Source: an uncultured Verrucomicrobiae bacterium (GTDB lineage: Bacteria > Verrucomicrobiota > Verrucomicrobiia > Chthoniobacterales > JAFAMB01). From it: a stretch of 64,000 nucleotides of DNA. The notes beneath the pieces were generated by a model. That model was not told where the DNA came from. It made no database searches and was given only the letters and a program-made list of their open reading frames with translations. The position numbers and the translations under genes are program-made. Below, in pieces: positions 41,352-51,621 of this stretch. Positions within the stretch are counted from its first letter, which is position 1; each line of letters opens with the position of its first letter. The stretch spans positions 352,001-416,000 of the forward strand of contig CAVXLD010000001.1 in NCBI GenBank assembly GCA_963762565.1, read 5' to 3'.

Positions 41352-43280
41352 TCAGTTCGGGTAGTTGGGCTGAGAGGACGGTCGCGGATTAAAGTCAGTC
41401 GGGATATTGTTAGGTTTCCCGGCATCGGTAGGTGTAATGTGCAATTGAGTCTTAAGCGGGTTAGTTCCCCATTGCGGCAGTTTTGTTATATCATCATCTG
41501 GAATCAAAACGTAGCTTCGCGGAAGGACATCGCGCCCCTGCAAGCGGCTGATACTAAAAGCCGAAGTCAGGTCGCCGACTGGACTATTCGGGTCGTCTTC
41601 TGGACCGAGGTTATCCTGGTTGTAGATCTCTTTTCCTTGGGCCAGCGCTTTTTGTTCGTCCGGCAGGTCCGCGAGTGCGGGTAAACTGAAGATCAGATTG
41701 ATGAATTTGATAATCGAATTGGTATCGCCGACTTCGTGAGAAACAATGTGGGTTTGGGCGTACGGCGAAATCACGAGCAACGGGACGCGTGGACCGCGAC
41801 TGAGCTCCATACCGTTGGGATCGTAGGCAATAATCCCGGGTGGAACATGATCGTAAGTACCCTCGGAGTCATCCCAACTGATAATGATCGCGCATTGATT
41901 CCAGTACTGACTATTTGCGATGGCATTGACCACTTTCGCCACAAGCGCATCACTGATTTGTGAGTCGGCATAGCCTTCGTGGTCATCGTCGCCGACGAAG
42001 TTTTTTAGCACGGTGGCATTATTGGCGGCATTCAGCGGAACGAGTTTATACTGGTTCTGAAGACCTCCCTTGATGTAGAAGACACCCCCCGGACCGAGAT
42101 TTGAGTTACCGAGGTCGGTGAAGAACTGAGAGTAGGTGTGCAGGTTGCGATTGATCTGCGGGTTAGCAGCAACATAGCCGAAAAATTGAGGGGCGTTATG
42201 GTGCGCGATGTAGGCCTTTTGACCCCCGGCATCCGGCATGCCGCTGTTGAACCCCTCCTCATACCAGCCCCAATTGACAGAGGCCTGACCCAGTCCAGTG
42301 AGGAAGCTAATGTCGTCCTGAATGTCAGCCTGATTGGCCGTTTTATTAAGATCAAACTGCCTAAGGTTTTGAATAGCGCTGCCCGTCAGGGTCAAAGGCA
42401 AGGCAGCGAACGTCAGATTCAGCTGAGGATGGGTGCTACCCGTATCCGGCACACCCTCTTTATCATTCAATGGATCTTTTTTTGAACCCCAAAGCGGATC
42501 TTCATCTATCTCCACTGGGACGCCAATTCCCAACGCCGCGTTCGCGGGAACATTTATGGCAGCGGTGGTTGGATGCTTAACCCATTGAGTTGCGCCGGAC
42601 TGGCCGGCAATGACAGAAATATTATCCGGACTCGATGGGCCTACTATGGTTTGAAAGTGATTGTCGAAAAGCGCAAACCTGCTGGCGTAGTACCAAAGGA
42701 AGGGAATGGTATCGCCGTCAATGTAAGCCATGGTGAGCTCACCGAACTGTTTTGCGGTCTCGGTTGGAACCGCGCCCGTGTAGTGGAGGCTTTCTTCCAC
42801 CAAGGCAAATAGATTCATTGATGGTTTGCCGTTGAAGACGTTCATCTTCTGCACCAGGGACTGGTGAGAATGGCCCATGTCATCCAAATCCCAGGCATCC
42901 TCGGCTTGACCCACTCGGAAAGGCTGAATCTTGATGAACTTCCCATCCGTATCGATAAGACTCTGAGTAAACCCAGGGGTCTCGGACTCGCTCTGCGAGA
43001 ACAGGCCATGGGCCCCAGGGAATGTGCCAAACATTTGATCAAAAGCCCGGTTCTCTTGGAAAATCACGAAGACATACTTCACCTTCTCCCGTAGGAGCTT
43101 GACGATGTCCGGAACTTTAGAGGCAGCGTCTATCTTGGGATCAGTGACGTGGGGCGCGATCTCTGAATCCGGATTTGGCTGGTTTTCAACCAATGGTTCC
43201 TCCCTCGCTAAGGTCAACGCCGGCGTAAAACCAATTCCGAGCGTTATCGAAAAGCAGACAGTGTGGGTTAAGCGGCGCAT
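41352..43280 (-). CDS. Secreted phosphoesterase (phospholipase C / AcpA acid phosphatase family)
   Basis: VIFQENRAFD, GPSS, DDH, WDDSEGTYDHV, GPRVPLLVISPYA motifs. Confidence 0.88.
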   Translation of the reverse strand: MRRLTHTVCFSITLGIGFTPALTLAREEPLVENQPNPDSEIAPHVTDPKIDAASKVPDIVKLLREKVKYVFVIFQENRAFDQMFGTFPGAHGLFSQSESETPGFTQSLIDTDGKFIKIQPFRVGQAEDAWDLDDMGHSHQSLVQKMNVFNGKPSMNLFALVEESLHYTGAVPTETAKQFGELTMAYIDGDTIPFLWYYASRFALFDNHFQTIVGPSSPDNISVIAGQSGATQWVKHPTTAAINVPANAALGIGVPVEIDEDPLWGSKKDPLNDKEGVPDTGSTHPQLNLTFAALPLTLTGSAIQNLRQFDLNKTANQADIQDDISFLTGLGQASVNWGWYEEGFNSGMPDAGGQKAYIAHHNAPQFFGYVAANPQINRNLHTYSQFFTDLGNSNLGPGGVFYIKGGLQNQYKLVPLNAANNATVLKNFVGDDDHEGYADSQISDALVAKVVNAIANSQYWNQCAIIISWDDSEGTYDHVPPGIIAYDPNGMELSRGPRVPLLVISPYAQTHIVSHEVGDTNSIIKFINLIFSLPALADLPDEQKALAQGKEIYNQDNLGPEDDPNSPVGDLTSAFSISRLQGRDVLPRSYVLIPDDDITKLPQWGTNPLKTQLHITPTDAGKPNNIPTDFNPRPSSQPNYPN

Positions 43281-43399
43281 TTGAAAAGTGCTATGGCAAC
43301 TCCGGAAGATTACTCCCCTTGCTTGCGACCTGAAAGCCGAGACGCAGGCTAGTTGATCCGTTGACTAGCCGTTCCCGGACCGAGACCAGTGAGACGCAC

Positions 43400-43834
43400 T
43401 AATGTCCTGTCCCATAAATAACGTGGCTTTCGTCCGGCAGGTTCCCATGCGCGTTAACATAAGGGCGCAGGTGTTGGCCGGCCCCTGACCGGGAGGGCGC
43501 GCGTCCTCGCGCGCTGCGAAGACGTGCCGAGCTTACAGTCGTATTCCGATCACTCGATCGACAAACACGCTCGGCTTCAGGAACGACGGATCGCGGGGAC
43601 GCGATCCCTCCCAGCGCCGGGTCCGGCACGTGCCTCGCAGCTGCCGGACCCATCCCGGGGAGGGATCGCGTCCCCGCGATCCGTTGTTCTCGAAGCCCAC
43701 GACAGACCCGATCCAGCGTTAGGCTATATCCACAATTATCGACCTGTTCCCGGCGCGCGGGGACGCGCGCCCTCCCCTCGTCAGGTGCCCATCACACAAT
43801 TTCCTTATGTTGACGCCTATGGGCAGCTGCCGGA
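43400..43834. repeat. Composite nested inverted-repeat element (orphan MITE end + second IR pair + four REP-like copies)
   Basis: 43400-43432 is 32/33 identical to the MITE TIR at 37781; IR pair 43433-43464/43803-43834; GGGAGGG..CGCGTCC.CGCG copies at about 43491, 43589, 43658, 43753 in alternating orientation. Confidence 0.8.
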
Positions 43835-44008
43835 ATAGGCTATAATCTATCAACACCGAAATGCGTTGGGGGTAGACGCTTCGCGCCTTTAAGATAATCG
43901 GGCCGATAGACAATTTGCGGGGAGCGATATATCTCTTCTCGGAGAAAACCCACTTGGTTTTCCTGGTTGAAGCCGTTGGCTTCGGGAGAATCAACAGAAA
44001 GCCCCCCA

Positions 44009-45007
44009 ATGAAGAACATCTGGATCGCTATCGTCGCACTAGTGTTTTTTGTGGTGTGCCCGCCCGCGCATGCTGCCGCTAGCGGCACACACAAAAAGCC
44101 CTACAACATCGCATTGATCATCAAGGCAACCGATTCTGACTTCTGGCAGTACGTCCTTATCGGCGGCGCCAACTATGGCCTGGACCATCCGGACCAGGTG
44201 AAAGTCAGCCGGTACGGTCCGAAGTCCGAGGCGGATATCGATAAGCAGGTGGCCATCGTCGAGGACGTCATCTCCAGAAAGCCCGACGCGATCGTCATCG
44301 CATCCACCAGCTCGGACGCGACAGTGCCCGCTCTCGAGAATGCGATCGACCAAGGGATAGCCGTGGTCACGATCGATAACAAGGTTCATTCAGACAAGAT
44401 CCCAGCCTTCCTGGCAACGAACAACAAAGTGGGTGGCGGCCTCTGCGCCGACCAGATGGTTGCCGCGCTGAAGGCCAAAGGAGTCCCGCTTAAGGGCACA
44501 GTCGGCCTTATCAGCGCCATGGCAGGCATCCAGGTTCTCGGAGACCGGGACCAGGGATTCAAGGACCGGATGAAAGAGATCGCACCCGATATCAACGTGC
44601 TGCCGACGCGGTTCACGGACAACGATATCGCGAAGTCGCTCGCGGCCGCCGAAGACATCGGGACATCCCAGGGAGATAAGCTGATCGGCGTGTTTGCCGA
44701 CAATAATCATACGGGAGACGGCGTTGCCCGGATGATTACCGAGCGCAATTTGGGGGACAAAATTGTGGCGGTGGCCTACGACTCTGACCCGGAAGAAGTC
44801 AGCGCGCTGAAAAGCGGTGCACTGAAGGCACTCATCCTCCAAGACCCATACGGCATGGGCTACAAGGGCTGTGCGACCGCCGTAACACTCCTGGATGGGG
44901 GGACGGTTCCCAAATACACTGACACCGGCGCAGTTGCGGTGACCCAGGCGAACATGAACGACAAAAACATCCTGGATCTTCTGGACCCGACCCGTCTGAA
45001 GAGGTGA
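44009..45007 (+). CDS. Sugar ABC transporter substrate-binding protein (RbsB-like)
   Basis: Signal peptide, SDFWQ, VTIDN, VAYD, QDPYGMGY motifs. Confidence 0.9.
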   Translation: MKNIWIAIVALVFFVVCPPAHAAASGTHKKPYNIALIIKATDSDFWQYVLIGGANYGLDHPDQVKVSRYGPKSEADIDKQVAIVEDVISRKPDAIVIASTSSDATVPALENAIDQGIAVVTIDNKVHSDKIPAFLATNNKVGGGLCADQMVAALKAKGVPLKGTVGLISAMAGIQVLGDRDQGFKDRMKEIAPDINVLPTRFTDNDIAKSLAAAEDIGTSQGDKLIGVFADNNHTGDGVARMITERNLGDKIVAVAYDSDPEEVSALKSGALKALILQDPYGMGYKGCATAVTLLDGGTVPKYTDTGAVAVTQANMNDKNILDLLDPTRLKR

Positions 45008-45030
45008 CCGGATTTTAGCGGGAGAAACCA

Positions 45031-45076
45031 GCGCCCAATCGACCTACCGCGTGGACGCGGAGAAGTAGTTGGGCGC
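45031..45076 (+). other. Intercistronic stem-loop after the binding-protein gene
   Basis: GCGCCCAA...TTGGGCGC outer stem, CCGCGT..ACGCGG inner stem, followed by a pyrimidine tract. Confidence 0.5.
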
Positions 45077-45106
45077 GCTCTTCTTTTTCTACCCGGAATC
45101 CAGAGC

Positions 45107-46624
45107 ATGGCAGAACCAACCGTCGTCTCTATGACGGGGATTCGTAAAAGCTTCCCCGGGGTCCAGGCGCTGAAGGGCGTCAGCTTTGACGTCAAGGCAG
45201 GCGAAGTTCATGCGCTGGTCGGCGAGAACGGTGCGGGCAAATCCACCCTGATCAAGATACTGATGGGGGCATACTCGAAAGACGCCGGAACCATCACCAT
45301 TGAGGGCAAAGAGACTGAGATCCATACCCCCTTGCAGGCCAAATCGCACGGGATGGCGGCCGTCTACCAGGATGTTATGCTGGCTCGCCACTTATCTGTG
45401 GGCGAGAACTTCTTCTTAGGGAAGCTTCCTCGTACCCGAGTCGGATTAGTTGACTGGAAGGCCATCCATCAGGTGACCCGCGAGACTCTAAAGGACCTTG
45501 ACCTTTCTATCGACCCTCGGATGCGCGTGCGCAACCTCCCCCCGGCACAGCAGGAGATGGTAACCATCGCCAAAGCTGTCTACGAGAAAAGTAAGGTCAT
45601 CGTTTTCGATGAGCCGACCGCTCTCTTGACCAATGAACAAGTGACTGCGCTTTTCGGGCTGATCAGGAAGCTGAAGAATAAGAACGTCGGTATCATTTAC
45701 ATCTCCCACCGCATGGAGGAGATCTTCGCGATCTGCGATCGCGTAACCATCCTGAAGGACGGCGAATGGGTGGACACCCTGCAAGTTTCGGAGACCGATC
45801 AGGACACCATCATCACCAAGATGGTGGGTCGCAGCATCGGGGAGATGTACTCAATCAATCACCCCGATCGGGGAGAGAAAGTCCTGGAAGTGCGAGGCCT
45901 TACGCGCGAGCCACGCTTTCGAAATGTGGACTTCGATCTCTACCAGGGTGAGATCCTCGGGTTCTTTGGACTGGTTGGCTCAGGGCGGACTGATATCCTT
46001 CGCTGCATCTTCGGCGCAGACCGCGCCGAGAGCGGAGAGATAAAAATCCGGGGACGCCGGACGGCAATGACTTCCCCGCAGCGGGGCATCCGCGCGGGCA
46101 TCGGTTTGCTTCCTGAGAATCGACAGACGTCGGGTTTGGGCATGTCCTTAGCAGTGGACATCAATGTCAACTTAGCGTCTTACGACCTGATCTCCCGAGC
46201 GGGGTTCGTCAGCCTCAGGGAGGAGGCATCCCGCGCCAAGCGCTTTGTTTCCGACCTCAATATCCGCACCCCGTCTATCAAGCAGAGGGTGCGTAACTTG
46301 AGCGGAGGAAACCAGCAGAAGGTGGTGGTGGCAAAATGGCTGTCCCGCAATAGCGATATTCTCGTCTTCGACGAGCCAACCGTCGGAGTCGATGTCGGTG
46401 CGAAGATTGAGATCTACAAACTCATCCAAAGGCTCCTGGCCAACGGCAAGGCTGTTATCCTGGTTTCATCGTACTTGCCCGAGGTCATGGGCCTTGCCGA
46501 CAGGATTGTGGTTGTGTACGAAGGCAACGTGACGGGAACCCTCTTGCGAAGCGACTTCGAAGAGGAAAAGATCTTGCGCCTGGCCTCGGGTATTGTAAAC
46601 CGCGCCAACGGAGGAAAACGATGA
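45107..46624 (+). CDS. Sugar ABC transporter ATP-binding protein (RbsA/MglA-like, tandem domains)
   Basis: GENGAGKST, DEPT, LSGGNQQK. Confidence 0.93.
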   Translation: MAEPTVVSMTGIRKSFPGVQALKGVSFDVKAGEVHALVGENGAGKSTLIKILMGAYSKDAGTITIEGKETEIHTPLQAKSHGMAAVYQDVMLARHLSVGENFFLGKLPRTRVGLVDWKAIHQVTRETLKDLDLSIDPRMRVRNLPPAQQEMVTIAKAVYEKSKVIVFDEPTALLTNEQVTALFGLIRKLKNKNVGIIYISHRMEEIFAICDRVTILKDGEWVDTLQVSETDQDTIITKMVGRSIGEMYSINHPDRGEKVLEVRGLTREPRFRNVDFDLYQGEILGFFGLVGSGRTDILRCIFGADRAESGEIKIRGRRTAMTSPQRGIRAGIGLLPENRQTSGLGMSLAVDINVNLASYDLISRAGFVSLREEASRAKRFVSDLNIRTPSIKQRVRNLSGGNQQKVVVAKWLSRNSDILVFDEPTVGVDVGAKIEIYKLIQRLLANGKAVILVSSYLPEVMGLADRIVVVYEGNVTGTLLRSDFEEEKILRLASGIVNRANGGKR

Positions 46625-47622
46625 GCACTGTCCCCACGGTTTCGGACCGATCGAACCCTTGGGCTCGGTTCCTTTCAAGGGTCGTGAAGTTTCTCCGTAC
46701 GGGTTTTTCGGAAGGAATCCTGATCCTGATCCTGCTTGCGTTCTTCATCATTTTCTCGCTCACCTCTCCGAGCTTTCTGACGATTAACAACCTGTGGAAC
46801 CTGGTGCGCCAAGTCGCCATCATCGGCGTGGTGTCCATCGGGATGACAATTGTGATCATCTCAGCCGGCATCGACCTGTCCGTCGGCTCCATCGTTGGGT
46901 TCAGTAACATCGTGGTTGCTGTGTTGATGACCCACGGCGTGCCCATTATCCCCTCGATATTGATCACCTTCGCAGCGAGTGCGGCCCTCGGGATTCTCAA
47001 CGGGGTGCTCATCCACGATGGGAGGGTACCGCCCTTTATTGCCACGCTGGGCATGATGACAGCAGTGCGAGGACTCCTGATGCTCATCTCCGGAGCGCAG
47101 ATGATCGCCGGCCTGCCCAAGGATTTCTTGCGGCTTGCCCAGATAAACATTCTTTGGATGCCCTCGCTGTTTTTCGTCTGGCTCGTCGTGATTGCACTGT
47201 CGGTCGTGATGACGACGGTGACCCGTTTTGGGAGAAATGTGTTCGCGCTGGGTAGCAACCCGGAAGCCGCTCGATTGAGCGGGATTAATATCCGGGCGAC
47301 CCTTTACGGAGTGTATGCGTTCTCCGCGCTGACCTCTGCGATAGCCGGAATCCTCTATACCTCGCGGTTGGCCAACGGGATCCCGACGGCGGGCGAGGGC
47401 TACGAATTAGATGCAATCGCAGCGGCGGTGGTCGGCGGAGCCAGCCTCATGGGAGGGGAAGGGACTATCCTCGGGACTGTGTTGGGCGCACTGATCATCG
47501 CAACCCTCAGAAACGGCGGAGATCTCTTAGGAATCGATCCCTTCATTTTACAGATCGCGATCGGAGTGCTGATTGTGGCAGCCGTCCTGATCGACCAGCT
47601 CATCAAGCGCAGGAACGCCTGA
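46621..47622 (+). CDS. Sugar ABC transporter permease (RbsC-like)
   Basis: GIDLSVG, PPFIATLG, AARLSGI, YELDAIAAAVVGG. Confidence 0.93.
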   Translation: MSTVPTVSDRSNPWARFLSRVVKFLRTGFSEGILILILLAFFIIFSLTSPSFLTINNLWNLVRQVAIIGVVSIGMTIVIISAGIDLSVGSIVGFSNIVVAVLMTHGVPIIPSILITFAASAALGILNGVLIHDGRVPPFIATLGMMTAVRGLLMLISGAQMIAGLPKDFLRLAQINILWMPSLFFVWLVVIALSVVMTTVTRFGRNVFALGSNPEAARLSGINIRATLYGVYAFSALTSAIAGILYTSRLANGIPTAGEGYELDAIAAAVVGGASLMGGEGTILGTVLGALIIATLRNGGDLLGIDPFILQIAIGVLIVAAVLIDQLIKRRNA

Positions 47623-47625
47623 CTC

Positions 47626-47900
47626 GTGGAGCGCTGCTTGCAAGGCCGAAGCGGTCGGCACTGTGGAGCGCGCCTTGCTTGCAAGGCCGAAGCGGTCGGC
47701 ACCGTGGAGCGCGCCTTGCTTGCAAGGCCGAAGCGGTCGGCACCGTGGAGCGCGCCCTGCTTGCAAGGCCGAAGCGGTCGGCACCGTGGAGCGCGCCCTG
47801 TTTGCAAGGCCGAAGCGGTCGGCACCGTGGAGCGCGCCTTGCTTGCAAGGCCGAAGCGGTCGGCACCGTGGAGCGCGCCCTGCTTGCAAGGCCGAAGCGG
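47626..47900. repeat. 41-bp tandem repeat array (7 cores, 6 full periods)
   Basis: TG(C/T)TTGCAAGGCCGAAGCGG at 47635, 47676, 47717, 47758, 47799, 47840, 47881; no spacers. Confidence 0.95.
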
Positions 47901-47948
47901 CTTCGCGGAGGCGGAAAGCACAAAAAGCGCAAGAAAATCTGCGGAAAA

Positions 47949-48743
47949 CTACAGAATCGAGCGAACCACACCTCCGTCAACTCGAATGGCTGCCCCATTC
48001 GTGCCGCTTGATACCGGACTGGAATAGTAGACGACGAGAGTTGCTATTTCTTCTGGGGTGGCAAAGCGCTGGAGCAACGACCCTGGCCGTTCATGCTTAA
48101 AGAAGTTAGCCTCGATTTCCTCCACGCTCACTTTCGCTTTCTTAGCCAGATTAACTAAGAACTTTTTTACACCTTCAGTGGAAGTTGGCCCTGCCACGAT
48201 GGAGTTGACGGTTACAGCGGTACCAGCTGTGGTTTCAGCTAAACCTCGAGCTAGCGAGATCTGCATGGTTTTGGTGACGCCATAGTGAATCATATTACTT
48301 GGGATATTGACGCCGGATTCGCTGGAGATGAAAACGATCCGGCCCCATTTCTGTTTTCGCATGAGCGGCAAATAGAATCGGCTGAGGCGCACTCCGCTCA
48401 AAAAATTAACTTCGATCAACTTAAGCCAATCCTGATCTGAGATTTTCTCGAAGGGTTTAAGCTCACCGATACCGACATTATTAATCAAGATGTCTAGCTT
48501 AGGAAATTGCTTGGTCACGGCTGCCACCGATTCGCTGTCACTGACATCGGCTACCAGCGGTTCAAGTTTAGCCTCTGGGAGCTGATCTCGAATCTGGTTG
48601 CTGGCGCCATTTACGCGTTTCTTGGTGCGGCCATTAACAATGACGGTCGCGCCTTCCCGGGCCAGACCTGTGGCAATTGCCAACCCAATTCCTGCTGTCG
48701 AGCCGGTTACCAATGCCAATTTCCCAGTCAAATCCAGATTCAT
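47949..48743 (-). CDS. SDR oxidoreductase
   Basis: TGSTAGIG, NNVG, YGVTK, VDGG. Confidence 0.88.
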   Translation of the reverse strand: MNLDLTGKLALVTGSTAGIGLAIATGLAREGATVIVNGRTKKRVNGASNQIRDQLPEAKLEPLVADVSDSESVAAVTKQFPKLDILINNVGIGELKPFEKISDQDWLKLIEVNFLSGVRLSRFYLPLMRKQKWGRIVFISSESGVNIPSNMIHYGVTKTMQISLARGLAETTAGTAVTVNSIVAGPTSTEGVKKFLVNLAKKAKVSVEEIEANFFKHERPGSLLQRFATPEEIATLVVYYSSPVSSGTNGAAIRVDGGVVRSIL

Positions 48744-48934
48744 AGCGTGTGAGTAGAAAGAAATTCTAAGTTGTTGCCCTGCTTTTGGGCCAGCGTCCAC
48801 CGGAAGTATTGGAATGGCAAGCTGGTCGAGTGTTGGCCGGCAACCAAATCGTTTCCCTTGTGGGGCCGGTATATAATATACTGAACCGTGCGTTCAGACG
48901 GCGTATCCGTCCGACTTTAGAAAGGAAGGCAAAA

Positions 48935-49207
48935 ATGGCGACTCTTAAAGTTCTCTTTGCTGCTTATGGTGCGCTAGCTGGGGGCAACAAGAACGAAGCC
49001 CAAGCTTATAATGTGACATTTCAGTTGCAGGATCTCATAGATAATCAGGGTGGTATCGTCCAAATTAGTAATTCAAGCTTTGGCGATCCCTGTTTCGGCA
49101 ATGTTAAACACTTTGGGGCCTGTGTGATTCGGGATGGCAATGAGTGGTTCTTTGCTTGCCAAGAAAATCAGACAATTGATTTTAATACCGGCGGAGGCTA
49201 CGCGTAG
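48935..49207 (+). CDS. Small SUEL-lectin/DUF3395-like protein
   Basis: RBS AGGAAGG; AAYG...NVT...NSSFGDPCFGNVKH pattern. Confidence 0.55.
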   Translation: MATLKVLFAAYGALAGGNKNEAQAYNVTFQLQDLIDNQGGIVQISNSSFGDPCFGNVKHFGACVIRDGNEWFFACQENQTIDFNTGGGYA

Positions 49208-49242
49208 CTTCGCCTATTACTGGTAGTTGAACCGCCGAACTC

Positions 49243-50244
49243 TTACTGAATACTAACCGGCGTCCCGACGGTCACCAGTGTTCTGATCAAAGCCGCATCC
49301 CAATTAGCTAACCTAATACATCCGTGACTCCCGGCGCGTCCGATGGTCGCGGCATTAGGCGCGCCATGGATGCCATCACCGGGCCGATCCAGTTGCATCC
49401 AGAGAAGGCCGACCGGATTACGCGGGCCGGGAGGAAAATTATAGAAATCTTCGGTCCGCTCTCCGCGTTCCAACACCCCTTCGTCGTATCGGAACCAGGG
49501 AAACGTCGCGATCTCATCGATATGCCAATCGCCGATCGGCGCGGGATGATCGGTCGAACCGGGAGTGATAGGAAAAGAAGCAATCGTCCGATCCTTATCC
49601 AGCACCTGCAGGATTCGGGTTGAGACAGTGATTTTGATCGATCGGTCTGCCAAAGACGGATCTCTCTTCGTCGTATGCATTTTGGGCAAACTCCCGATAT
49701 CGAACGGATCAGCGACATTAGGAACGGTCAAAGCCTGGCCCGCCTGGAGCTGGTTGATATCAATCGTTGGATTAATCGCTGCCAGGAATCGCGCGGTTGT
49801 ATGAAACCGCTCGGCAATCACGTCGCCCAGATTCGTGTATGGACATGATTTCTGTTTCGCGACCTCGGCGTGATCGGTCGCCATCACGCCGACCTGCCCG
49901 AGATCTTCGGACGTTACCGTGTAAGTCGTGTAGGGCTGAATCCCGCTGACATCGGGCGGCGCATCGGCCGGTTGACCATGATTCGCATTATAAAGCGCTA
50001 GCGCTTTTTCAAAAAACTCGCCCAAGCGCCCGTCGACCATCCCTGGCCTGAAGTGATTGGCATCCAGAAAAATTTGCATCTGCACCGCGTGCGCTCGCGC
50101 TGCCGCCACTGTCGGCTGAGCGGGCTGAGCCGGCTGGGTTGGAGCTGTTGGAGGCGCCACTTTTGTGGGTGGAACAACATGAGCACAACCACCCAGCGTT
50201 AGCGCCACTCCGGCAATCGCGATTTTCCTATAAACCTTGAACAT
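49243..50244 (-). CDS. L,D-transpeptidase lipoprotein
   Basis: Lipobox LGGC; GIHG...SHGCIRL catalytic motif. Confidence 0.9.
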   Translation of the reverse strand: MFKVYRKIAIAGVALTLGGCAHVVPPTKVAPPTAPTQPAQPAQPTVAAARAHAVQMQIFLDANHFRPGMVDGRLGEFFEKALALYNANHGQPADAPPDVSGIQPYTTYTVTSEDLGQVGVMATDHAEVAKQKSCPYTNLGDVIAERFHTTARFLAAINPTIDINQLQAGQALTVPNVADPFDIGSLPKMHTTKRDPSLADRSIKITVSTRILQVLDKDRTIASFPITPGSTDHPAPIGDWHIDEIATFPWFRYDEGVLERGERTEDFYNFPPGPRNPVGLLWMQLDRPGDGIHGAPNAATIGRAGSHGCIRLANWDAALIRTLVTVGTPVSIQ

Positions 50245-50350
50245 CGCGCCACCTTTTGCTGGAGCAGGTGTCTTTCGTCAAGGCGATAGACCGTAACCCA
50301 GGAGTCGGTAGACAGGAGACGGCATCACACGGCACTCCCAAGAGGCCACG

Positions 50351-50611
50351 CTAAAAGCCGCTTTGGCTAGCCCCACCAGGTGCGCCTCCCGAGCTGGAAA
50401 ATCCATTACGTCCTCGAGACGAACCATTCCCAGGAGATTCGCCGGGGGTGGCGTTCGCGCGTGCGGCGTATTCGGCAAAGGCTTTATTTGGATCAGTGGA
50501 TCCTGTTTTGGAAGCGCGAGGTCTGTCGTTTTCACATGCGACCAGAAAGACAGTGATGCTGAGCACCACCAACTCTGTCGCCCGCCGAGATTCTTTTCGC
50601 ACCACGAACAA
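50351..50611 (-). CDS. Small low-complexity lipoprotein
   Basis: FLVAC lipobox, Gly/Ser-rich tail. Confidence 0.45.
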   Translation of the reverse strand: MFVVRKESRRATELVVLSITVFLVACENDRPRASKTGSTDPNKAFAEYAARANATPGESPGNGSSRGRNGFSSSGGAPGGASQSGF

Positions 50612-50705
50612 TTCCTTGCGCGAATTGGTGATGTAAACCGCGGTTTGGACGAACGGTCGAAATACGTTACGGCCGGAGCAGCTAATCCGGCCGGCGAAAG
50701 GCTGT

Positions 50706-51395
50706 TTAAAGCGATCCCCGACCTTCCGCCAGGATCTTTGGCTTGGCAGTCTTGCCTAGCAGGCTGCCACCGTTCTTGGCGTAATAGTCAGCGACCATTG
50801 CCGTGATCTCGCGAGCGGTTCGGGCCGTATCGTCGGTCACGCCTCTTGCTCCTGCGTTCCGGATCGCATTTGGCAAAGCTCCAAATGTCCCGCCCAGAAC
50901 CGCCCCTGGTTCTGCATTACTGCCGCCCGACGTTTCAAATTGCAGCACCGGCCCTTTCGCCAGATGAGAAAGGTCATACACTCGAACGCTGGTCTCCAAT
51001 TTCGTTCCGCCGGCGCCCAATCCGACCAAGCCTCGCAAAGCTCGACTGCCTTGATTCACCCGCACGAAGTCACCGGTAATCAGCCAGGCGTCCATGCGAC
51101 GATGCCGGGGATCGCTTTGGCGAACGGCCGATACTATCGATCTGCTAAGATCTGCCACCAAATAGTCGGCTAACGTATTTGTGGTCTTCTGTTGAAAAGC
51201 GACGAGTTCATCGCCCGAACGATTCACCTTAAACACGCCTTGGCTGGCATCAAAGTCAGCCACAAAGATTTGCTCTGGGAGTTTCGGAGCAGTTGCTGCC
51301 TGGGCTGGATTACGGACTCCTACCGACGCACAGCCGGCCAGTGTCCATAGAACGGCAGTCGCAAATAAGGCTTTCTTGGTGTTTTGACGATCCAT
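50706..51395 (-). CDS. DUF4410-like lipoprotein
   Basis: LAGC lipobox; GSRALRGLVGLGAGGTKL motif. Confidence 0.7.
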   Translation of the reverse strand: MDRQNTKKALFATAVLWTLAGCASVGVRNPAQAATAPKLPEQIFVADFDASQGVFKVNRSGDELVAFQQKTTNTLADYLVADLSRSIVSAVRQSDPRHRRMDAWLITGDFVRVNQGSRALRGLVGLGAGGTKLETSVRVYDLSHLAKGPVLQFETSGGSNAEPGAVLGGTFGALPNAIRNAGARGVTDDTARTAREITAMVADYYAKNGGSLLGKTAKPKILAEGRGSL

Positions 51396-51621
51396 ACGGC
51401 GCTTACAAGAGAACGCCGCTGATGAACAAACAATTGATCTCGCCCGGACGCGGAAACCGTCGAACAAGCGTAGGAAACCGGAGTTTAACCGCGAATGGAC
51501 GCGAATGTTTGGCTTGTGGAATCGGTTGACGCCGATCGATGCCAATACATCGCCTAACGATATTTTTTTGAACACGCACGTCGGCGGCCCTGTCTAACGT
51601 TACAGAGAGAGGTGTAGCAGA

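Noticed and set aside
47626..47900. Possible CRISPR array
   Set aside because: Units are head-to-tail with no unique spacers, and there are no cas genes in the window
47400..48100. Multiple repetitive ORFs on both strands
   Set aside because: Artefacts of the stop-free 41-bp repeat
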